A stretch of DNA of 39,162 bases, taken from IMG/VR virus record IMGVR_UViG_3300024232_000033, positions 1-39,162 of that record. One strand, 5' to 3'. This document shows, piece by piece, positions 32,587-39,162 of this stretch. Position 1 is the stretch's first letter, and each line of letters opens with the position of its first letter. Below the pieces are notes generated by a model. That model saw only the letters and a list, made by a program, of their open reading frames with translations. It searched no databases and had not been told where the DNA came from. Source of the stretch: a virus (lineage: Duplodnaviria; Caudoviricetes). Made by a program: the position numbers and the translations under genes.

Positions 32587-33161
32587 TTGAACACCTCGAA
32601 GTCGGCTTCAGTGAGGTAGTCATACACGACATCCGTTAGCCAGCTCGAAGGAATCATGAAGCGGACTGCGTCAGGGAGGATCTTCGTCGCAACCATCCCC
32701 TTCGTGTCGAAGGTCAGCGCAACGCTCCCAGCCTTGATACTCGTGATCCCCTTCACGGCGACTTGATTGTCAAGCGTAGAGTCTTTCGAATAAAGTTGGA
32801 ATGCTAGTTCCGCATCCGCGTCCTTCAGTTCCTGAGGAAACACGTTACTTGCGATCTCCCCTCCGTTCAGGTTGAACATGCCCGTGCGAGGCCAAGGAAG
32901 GGGTTGCGTCGTGCTGACGGGTGCCCCAGTCCACTTCGGGCTCGTCTCGTAGTGCGCGGGATCGGTCATGATGAATGTTCGCACACCGCTCAACAGGTAG
33001 CTCAACGTGCGAGTTGCTGTCACCAGCAAGCGTGCCTTCACATCATCATTCAGTGCCTTGACCGTCAATCCTCCGACTCGCGAGTCGAGATACGCGTTGA
33101 ACTCGGCGAGCGTTAGGAAGCTGTTCGCGGTTGCGCTGGTTGGTTCTGCATCTAAGGTCAT
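32583..33161 (-). CDS. head-tail adaptor (DnaT-like annotated phage family)
   Basis: ANSF.T.AE...Y, L..AT, Q.L.WPR, P..LK.A..ELA and K.GSV motifs. Confidence 0.8.
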   Translation of the reverse strand: MTLDAEPTSATANSFLTLAEFNAYLDSRVGGLTVKALNDDVKARLLVTATRTLSYLLSGVRTFIMTDPAHYETSPKWTGAPVSTTQPLPWPRTGMFNLNGGEIASNVFPQELKDADAELAFQLYSKDSTLDNQVAVKGITSIKAGSVALTFDTKGMVATKILPDAVRFMIPSSWLTDVVYDYLTEADFEVFK

Positions 33162-33170
33162 GACTCTCCT

Positions 33171-33638
33171 CTACACTCCACCAAGGCCCGCGGCACTTCC
33201 AGCACCGGCAACTGCGCCCGGACGCCCAAGTATGTTCTGCACGCGGTGCTCAATCTCATGAGCGTTCTGCCCAGCGCCTCCGTTCCACGTCCACTCGAAG
33301 AGGGCAACATGGACTTCCAGTCCACGAGCGAGAATCGCATCGGTCGGCAGGGGCCGTGATGTATCCACGAGCACGTCGTCCAGTCCGAGCACGATTGCTG
33401 TGTCAAGCGGGAGCATTTGCCATTGCACGAGCCCACCAACACTAACCGTGCACCCGTTCGCATCCAGCACGTTCGTGCGTTCACGCCCATTGATAATCGA
33501 GCCGTCAAGGTAGTTCCGGAGTGTGACGACAAGCGTATCGGGCTTGAACCCTACGCCATCCCGATCCACAATCGTAAACTCCATCACCGGCGTGGAACGC
33601 TCGGGAACTGCATCGCGAATAACCTCTCTCGTGTTCAT
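33171..33638 (-). CDS. hypothetical virion-associated protein
   Basis: 155 aa, beta-rich, with ATGA overlap. Ends in a Gly/Ala-rich tail. Confidence 0.7.
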   Translation of the reverse strand: MNTREVIRDAVPERSTPVMEFTIVDRDGVGFKPDTLVVTLRNYLDGSIINGRERTNVLDANGCTVSVGGLVQWQMLPLDTAIVLGLDDVLVDTSRPLPTDAILARGLEVHVALFEWTWNGGAGQNAHEIEHRVQNILGRPGAVAGAGSAAGLGGV

Positions 33639-35770
33639 ATGACCTTTGCTCCAGTTCCTGCTCCAACGAGGAGTGAGGCGTCGTCGATATCGCCGTTGCG
33701 GAGTACTGCGTCGCGTCCACCACCAGCACGCAAGGTACTGTTGATTCCGCCTCCGCCACGGTGCACCTTCGTAAAGCCAACACCGCTTACGGTACTTGTA
33801 CCCGCAGCATGCACGCTGCTTCCTGTGAACGAACCTACCCCGCTAACTACCGCAGTGCCTTCGGCGTGACCGACGTGCTCTTGAATCGCAGTAGCGCTAG
33901 CACTTCCTGTTCCTGCGGAGGATCCAGCCCCAGAGCCGAACGTGCTGCTCGGTGCATCAGCACTGCCTGTTCCTGTAACGGAGCCAGTGCCGGAGGTAGT
34001 GCTCGCGCCAACACCTGCAGTGGTGCTCGTTCCTTCGATGGTACTAAGTGCAGAGCCTGAATCACTCGGAGCGAACGTCGCACTCGTTCCTGCAGAGCTT
34101 CCTGCTGCACTCGCGGTGCTTGCACCTGCGCCAGTTGCACTTCCTGTTCCGGACGCAGCTCCTGCAGCAGCAACCGTGCTTGCACCAGTAGCGCTAGCGC
34201 TGCCCGTTCCACTAGCAGCTCCAGCTGCAGAGATGATCGCAGTGCTTAAGGCAGAAGCGGTGCTAGATCCTGCGGAACTTCCAACCGCTGAAACAATCGC
34301 AGAGCCTGTCGCGGTTGCCGCGCCCGTGCCCGCGGCTGCTCCAGTCGCCTGTGCTGTGCTCGAGCCGGTCCCCGAAGCATCTGCAATTCCTGCGGAGCTC
34401 CCCACACCCGGAACAATTGCTGTTCCAGCGCCTGAAACGCTTCCCGTGCCTGAAGCAGAGCCCGTCGCAGAGCCTGAATCGCTTAGTGCAATGATGCTGC
34501 CTGTGCCAGAGGCAGAACCGACCGCAGATGCAGTACTTGCTCCAGTACCGCTCGCAGTACCGGTACCTGTTGAACTACCTGTCGCTGCTGCGGTGCTCGT
34601 CCCTACGCCGCTGACAGATCCAACACCGTCGCTCGATCCGACGCCTGCTGCGATGCTTGCGCCTACGGCACTTACGGTGCTTGTTCCTGCGGAGCTTCCC
34701 GCGCCAGTGCCCGAGTCGCTTGGAGCGGAAATAGTGCTCGTACCTGCAGAAGATCCAGTCGAAGAGGCAGTGCTGGCCCCGACCGCTGGCGCGTCACTTG
34801 TTCCAGAAGAACTTCCAACTGCATCAGCTGTGCTTGATCCGGTCGCTGCTGCGCTTCCAGTTCCCGCAGATGCTCCCGTTGCTGAGATGATTCCTGTTCC
34901 AGCGGCAGAAACAGTGCCTGTACCGGAGGAAGCGCCGGTCGAAGAGGCTGTGCTCGCACCAACGGCAGATACCGCTCCTACACCATCTGCTGCTCCAACT
35001 GCTGCAGCGGTACTCGTGCCGGTTGCACTAGCAGTTCCTGCTCCAGCTGAAGACCCAACTGCTTCTGCGGTGCTAATTCCTACTGCAGATGCAGTGCTTG
35101 TACCACTCGAAGAGCCGACACCGGAGAAGATACTTGCACCAATCGCTGTCGCAGTTCCAGTTCCACTCGAGCTTCCAACGCCTGAGAAGATACTTGCGCC
35201 TACCGCGCTAACTGTCCCAGTGCCTGAGGAGGACCCAGTACTCGAGGCAGTGCTCGCGCCAACTGCAGATACTGTTCCAGTTCCAGAAGCACTGCCTACA
35301 GCTTCAGCCGTACTTGCACCGACACCGCTTACCGCACCAGTGCCAGTCGAAGCCCCTGTTGCAGCAGCAGTACTCGCTCCAACACCACTTACCGTTCCTG
35401 TACCGGAGGTCGATCCAGTAGCTGCCGCAGTGCTGGCGCCTACACCCGAAACGGTTCCGGTTCCTGAGGATGAGCCTGTGGAGGATGCTGTGCTCGCACC
35501 AACTGCACTGACCGTGCTTGTTCCAGCAGCGCTTCCAACTCCGGAGAATATGCTCGCGCCAACTGCAGTGACGGTTCCCGTTCCTGCTGCCGCACCTACA
35601 CCAGTACTTCCAGTACCAACGTCTCCTACTGCGTTGACTGCACCGATACCTGCGGCGCTAACAACAGCAGCGAAGATCGCAACACCGACGGCAGAGACGG
35701 TCGAACTCCCGTAAGTCTCTCCTCGAGGCTTTGTGTTGAGCGACGGGCTTCTAAACTGAAAGAAGGACAT
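33635..35770 (-). CDS. 711-aa Gly/Ser/Ala/Thr-rich tandem repeat protein
   Basis: Roughly 30 repeats of about 20 aa (consensus about GSSAGTGTVSAVGASTAAAT). TAATG and ATGA overlaps with neighbours support the minus strand. Confidence 0.88.
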   Translation of the reverse strand: MSFFQFRSPSLNTKPRGETYGSSTVSAVGVAIFAAVVSAAGIGAVNAVGDVGTGSTGVGAAAGTGTVTAVGASIFSGVGSAAGTSTVSAVGASTASSTGSSSGTGTVSGVGASTAAATGSTSGTGTVSGVGASTAAATGASTGTGAVSGVGASTAEAVGSASGTGTVSAVGASTASSTGSSSGTGTVSAVGASIFSGVGSSSGTGTATAIGASIFSGVGSSSGTSTASAVGISTAEAVGSSAGAGTASATGTSTAAAVGAADGVGAVSAVGASTASSTGASSGTGTVSAAGTGIISATGASAGTGSAAATGSSTADAVGSSSGTSDAPAVGASTASSTGSSAGTSTISAPSDSGTGAGSSAGTSTVSAVGASIAAGVGSSDGVGSVSGVGTSTAAATGSSTGTGTASGTGASTASAVGSASGTGSIIALSDSGSATGSASGTGSVSGAGTAIVPGVGSSAGIADASGTGSSTAQATGAAAGTGAATATGSAIVSAVGSSAGSSTASALSTAIISAAGAASGTGSASATGASTVAAAGAASGTGSATGAGASTASAAGSSAGTSATFAPSDSGSALSTIEGTSTTAGVGASTTSGTGSVTGTGSADAPSSTFGSGAGSSAGTGSASATAIQEHVGHAEGTAVVSGVGSFTGSSVHAAGTSTVSGVGFTKVHRGGGGINSTLRAGGGRDAVLRNGDIDDASLLVGAGTGAKVI

Positions 35771-36477
35771 TAGCGGATACGTTCACCTACCGAGAGACCG
35801 CTGCTTCGTATGCCTTGATAGTTATCCGGCATCACTTGGAAGATTCCAGCTGAAAACTCAAGCCACGGATTCAGATCACCAGTCTGACCGTCTGATGCTG
35901 AGTTGAAATCGGACGAGGCACTGTTTCCGAAACGCATTGTGTATGACTGTGCTTGTGTCGGTGCTGCTGCGTGTGCACCAATTTCATCAACGATGCGCCA
36001 TCCTTCAACAAGTGTTGCAGCCGTCACCGCAGACGGCGCACCAGAATGCCGTGAATTGCTCGTCGTTGAAAATTCTGCACCAGTGCCGGTGATGTTCGTG
36101 AACAACGTCGCAAGGATCGTCCCACCATCTTGCGAAAGTGCACGTAGCACGCGCGCATAGTTCACGTTTGCTTGTGCTGCACTTTCCGCGCACCGATTGA
36201 TAACCTGCACAAGCACTGATGTATCGAGCCGACATGCACGCATCGGCGGACCAATAAACTGCGCCGCAAGAATCTCTTGCGTTGTCGTGATCGGCACCGT
36301 GATCGCCGTTGTATCAGCAAGCGTTTCACGAGCCGACAACTGCGATTTCAACACCAGCGAGCCCCGAATCGCTTGCCCGGTCTGCTCCCAACCTGCATCG
36401 AAGTTCGGAGAAATCGGTGGCGGTGTCGATTGCAGCAGGTAGAAGCGCAGCGGAGATTGTGCGACGATTGCGCCCAT
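35770..36477 (-). CDS. hypothetical virion-associated protein
   Basis: 235 aa, beta-rich. The Q...G..I..R..ES....N and R.V.EIG patterns resemble the N-terminus of 18064..20322. Confidence 0.7.
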   Translation of the reverse strand: MGAIVAQSPLRFYLLQSTPPPISPNFDAGWEQTGQAIRGSLVLKSQLSARETLADTTAITVPITTTQEILAAQFIGPPMRACRLDTSVLVQVINRCAESAAQANVNYARVLRALSQDGGTILATLFTNITGTGAEFSTTSNSRHSGAPSAVTAATLVEGWRIVDEIGAHAAAPTQAQSYTMRFGNSASSDFNSASDGQTGDLNPWLEFSAGIFQVMPDNYQGIRSSGLSVGERIR

Positions 36478-36549
36478 TCAGACTCGTTCGACGCAGCCCA
36501 TTCCGTTGCCGACTTGCACACGTTTGTCTTCTGGCTTTGGTTTGCTCAT
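36478..36549 (-). CDS. 23-aa mini-ORF
   Basis: MSKPKPEDKRVQVGNGMGCVERV*. GGAGAGG RBS, ATGA overlap upstream, TGA-ATG abutment downstream. Confidence 0.5.
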   Translation of the reverse strand: MSKPKPEDKRVQVGNGMGCVERV

Positions 36550-36815
36550 GCAACCTCTCCGTCAACGACTTGTGAATGTTCCGGCAGCGACTTGAACACC
36601 GCGTTCAACCGCTGATCAAGCTGCGGCTTAAGCAGCGCCGTGTACAGCGCCTCACTCGGCGGGACTCCTGGCAGCTCAGGCAACTTCACATCTTCATCGA
36701 CGTGTTCATCAGCTTTCACACCGTCAACGTCGATCTGCCGGCCGCTCAAGAACCTCACGCGTGCAACTTTCCCGAGCTGATCGTGATCGTGTAGTCCGAT
36801 AATCTCCCAACGCAT
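36546..36815 (-). CDS. hypothetical protein
   Basis: 89 aa; GGAGGAG RBS. Confidence 0.75.
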   Translation of the reverse strand: MRWEIIGLHDHDQLGKVARVRFLSGRQIDVDGVKADEHVDEDVKLPELPGVPPSEALYTALLKPQLDQRLNAVFKSLPEHSQVVDGEVA

Positions 36816-36824
36816 CTGCTCCTC

Positions 36825-37724
36825 CTAATTCATACTCTCAATCGTATACTGCAAACCGGTTGCGGTGTTCGATGAACTGTTTGCACCATGCAGCAACGTC
36901 ACTGACAATGCGGTGTCAACCGTCAAATCAACTGTTGCGACAGCCGGTGTTGACTGTCCACCGTTTGTAAACGGTGCTTCTGCAGGCGAGCCGGTTGCTG
37001 ATCCGATTGTCGGTGCAGTGCCAGAATACACGTGTGCGCGTCCGTTACCCATGAGCGTTCCGCTCGATCCGTTACTCCGCGTTTGCACCATTACGTCAAT
37101 GTCAAACAAACAGTTCGTGAGCGAGATCAGCAACGTGATCGTTCCAGTTTTCGTGATCGTCGTACCAGCAACACCTCCCCAACGCACTTGATACACGTGT
37201 GAGACCGTGCCTGAGCCGAGCGTTGAGTACTTGCCGACAACGCGAAGACGAATCCCACGACCATCCTGCATATAGTTCGCAGGAATTGTGACGTTCGGAA
37301 AAATGATCGTTTCCGTTGTGCTGCTCGCGATCGGAGAACCGTCAGCCGTCGCCCATGCAATCGTCTCCATCCAATACTGCCGAGACATGAGTAGCTTCGG
37401 CATTTTGTGGATCGAGGTGATCGATTCACCGCGCAACATCGCCTGCAGCTTGATCGATTGCTGCCACAATTCTTCGGCGTCGAATCCCTCAAGCTTCGCA
37501 AAGTCAATGCCCGAACCGTGACACGTGCATCGTGCACCGTTCGTCGCAACGAGCTGTCCGCTGATCTGATCAACGCACCGCGTCTTCGAGTAGTACCCAA
37601 GACCGGAGCACGTTGGGCATCGTGGCCCAAGATCCCCAGTAATGTTGCGCGAAATTCGATTCATCGAGAGACCGATGAGCGTATCGCGCTGCTGTGCCGT
37701 GAACGGAATGAAATCGTGCATCAT
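36825..37724 (-). CDS. CxxCxGxG zinc-finger domain fused to a Thr/Gly-rich beta structural domain
   Basis: CPTCSGLG and CTCHGSG at the N-terminus; beta-rich C-terminal region from MSRQYW. GAGGAG RBS. Confidence 0.7.
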   Translation of the reverse strand: MMHDFIPFTAQQRDTLIGLSMNRISRNITGDLGPRCPTCSGLGYYSKTRCVDQISGQLVATNGARCTCHGSGIDFAKLEGFDAEELWQQSIKLQAMLRGESITSIHKMPKLLMSRQYWMETIAWATADGSPIASSTTETIIFPNVTIPANYMQDGRGIRLRVVGKYSTLGSGTVSHVYQVRWGGVAGTTITKTGTITLLISLTNCLFDIDVMVQTRSNGSSGTLMGNGRAHVYSGTAPTIGSATGSPAEAPFTNGGQSTPAVATVDLTVDTALSVTLLHGANSSSNTATGLQYTIESMN

Positions 37725-37742
37725 CGCTCCTCAATGAGTGAA

Positions 37743-38516
37743 CTAGCGTGCAAGTCCTGGACGAAAGAGTGCTGGCCGCGTTTCACGGCGCTTCGCACCG
37801 CTCGGAATCGAGCCTTTGATCGCATTCCACGTATCGTCACGATAAAGATCTGATCGTTCTTGAGCGGTGAGTATACGTTTCCAATAAGATACGCCCTGCA
37901 AATCTCCGTTCATCCACGACGTGCCGTCATTGTTCTGTATGCCAAGATCGAACTCGCCGTTTTCAACATTCGCCCCACCTGCGTGTGCAGTTTGATTGAC
38001 CGTACCATTGTTGACTTGAAAATTAATAAAGTCATTAACGGAATCATGCCAACCGACAAAAAAATACCAAACGCCTGTCGAAGGTGAGCCAAGATCGTCG
38101 GCAATCGCATCGTGTCCCGGATTCGCTCCCACGCCGGGCACGTGGAAATACAGTCGGTCAAGTGTGCTGCCATAGCGAACTGACCATGCAGCAGGCGCAT
38201 TCACACCAGAAAAATCCCCTTTAGAGACCGCAACAACATCGCCGGGAGCTGGCTTACTTAAGAGTCTCCACCAACCGGCTATGGTGAAATCAATGTCCCC
38301 GGCCTGTAATAGCGCTTGACTAACACGAAACATTGCATCATCAACGCCATTAAAAGTCGCTGCGTTTGAATAAAGTTTACCCGGTGCCGTTGAAGGAGTA
38401 TTGTTTCCATCAGTAAGGTGAAGTTGATACTGATGCAGATCACGCCGAGTAACTAAGCTCGTGCCATCAGAGAACTCGTCTAACGGCCAATATGCAATGA
38501 GGTTCGTCAGATCCAT
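37743..38516 (-). CDS. LamG / concanavalin A-like domain protein
   Basis: L.AYWPLDE, FNG.DD, DFTI..W, WYF.V..HD and W.R.LT..E...LY motifs. Confidence 0.85.
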   Translation of the reverse strand: MDLTNLIAYWPLDEFSDGTSLVTRRDLHQYQLHLTDGNNTPSTAPGKLYSNAATFNGVDDAMFRVSQALLQAGDIDFTIAGWWRLLSKPAPGDVVAVSKGDFSGVNAPAAWSVRYGSTLDRLYFHVPGVGANPGHDAIADDLGSPSTGVWYFFVGWHDSVNDFINFQVNNGTVNQTAHAGGANVENGEFDLGIQNNDGTSWMNGDLQGVSYWKRILTAQERSDLYRDDTWNAIKGSIPSGAKRRETRPALFRPGLAR

Positions 38517-39161
38517 CTACGCAGCTTTCTCACGAGATTTCGACCACACGAGCTTCGGCAGTGTCAATCCGTATTGCTGATACCACGCTGCTTCAATCTG
38601 CATAAACTTCTCTAATTCTTCTGTTGCGAGTCGGAACTTTCGACTCGTGCCGCCGGCATCCGGATGCGCTGCTAACCGACGCTTACGCAAGAGCCGCCAC
38701 CGTCGCTGCACAAAATCATCATGCACACGAATATTGATTTGCACGTTCTCATGCATGATCGTGTGCGGACGCTGTTGCGCTCGACGTCGCCGAATGTTTC
38801 GCTCGCGCTCACAGATTGAACATTCGCGCGTCTTATAAAACTCGCCATTATCTTTCCGTCTGCGTGTTCGCCATCGTGTTGACTTGTCGGTAAACCGATG
38901 ACCGCGCTTGCACACGCTCTTGAGATGTGTGCCATACTTCCGACGCGTGCGTAATGCTTCGAGAGCTGCCGGAGTAAAACCAGAACGCCCGTGCTTTTCT
39001 CGACGTGTGGCCCAGCGCAAGATCCACCGCACATCACCAGTTGTCCGAATAAGCGCAGCCGGATACGTTCTTGCTGTGGCACGCTTTCGATGTCTACATC
39101 GATCACGCTGCCGGATTTGCTCACGATGTGTTTCACGCCATCGCTGTTTTGCATTTCTGCG
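38517..39161 (-). CDS. basic zinc-finger protein with C-terminal J-domain-like HPD motif (truncated at window end)
   Basis: The frame stays open from 39161 (RRNAKQRWRETHREQIRQRDR...) through the GTG at 39032. Contains CKRGH...RECSIC and LAAHPDAGG...F. Confidence 0.65.
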   Translation of the reverse strand, partial: RRNAKQRWRETHREQIRQRDRCRHRKRATARTYPAALIRTTGDVRWILRWATRREKHGRSGFTPAALEALRTRRKYGTHLKSVCKRGHRFTDKSTRWRTRRRKDNGEFYKTRECSICERERNIRRRRAQQRPHTIMHENVQINIRVHDDFVQRRWRLLRKRRLAAHPDAGGTSRKFRLATEELEKFMQIEAAWYQQYGLTLPKLVWSKSREKAA

Positions 39162-39162
39162 A

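Larger units (their letters stand above)
1..39162. mobile_element. Tailed dsDNA phage (siphovirus-like) genome segment
   Basis: Tape measure, tail tube, frameshifted tail chaperones, neck genes, endolysin and PolA are present. Genes are densely packed with overlapping stop/start codons in two convergent arms. No sheath gene, integrase or host housekeeping genes seen. Confidence 0.97.

Noticed and set aside
33700-35700. Possible CRISPR array or DNA-level tandem repeat
   Set aside because: The 60-nt periodicity is degenerate at synonymous positions and has no constant repeat with unique spacers. It is a coding repeat.
33942-35714. 590-aa + strand ORF rich in Val/Pro/Ala/Leu
   Set aside because: It is the antisense shadow of the repeat gene. 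The minus-strand ORF is coupled to its neighbours by overlaps and matches the operon direction.
38672-39154. 160-aa minus-strand ORF
   Set aside because: It overlaps, in another frame, the zinc-finger/HPD ORF that has recognisable motifs and abuts the LamG gene.
1-39162. Stop-codon reassignment
   Set aside because: Recognisable genes are full length in the standard code, and TAA, TAG and TGA all serve as stops at gene junctions.

Overview
This is a 39 kb stretch of a tailed dsDNA phage or prophage of siphovirus type, with two convergent arms that meet at a double hairpin near 10.1 kb. The + strand arm (1-10078) covers nucleotide metabolism, DNA modification, counter-defence and replication. 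It encodes a partial MazG-like protein, a Tad1-like anti-Thoeris sponge candidate, QueE, a PhyH-like 2OG-Fe(II) dioxygenase, FolE, a NADAR hydrolase, a family A DNA polymerase fused to a family-4 UDG domain, a TGT-fold DpdA-like DNA transglycosylase, a DUF3987-like ATPase and a double-HTH protein. The - strand arm (39162-10176) is a late operon. It contains LamG and other accessory virion proteins, a 711-aa Gly/Ser/Ala/Thr repeat protein, head-tail connector genes interrupted by four tandem glycosyltransferases, the tail tube, tail assembly chaperones with a -1 slippery site, a tape measure protein, tail-tip proteins and an extended lysis region with an M15 endolysin and a GH5-like hydrolase. 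The two best candidates for undescribed systems are (i) a virion glycosylation module (4 GTs, a Ser/Thr-rich repeat shared by three late proteins, and a glycoside hydrolase) and (ii) a 7-deazaguanine DNA modification pathway with an embedded dioxygenase that may make a new base. All family calls come from motif recognition by eye; no database search was run. No capsid, terminase, portal, integrase, tRNA or CRISPR array was seen, and the host cannot be determined.
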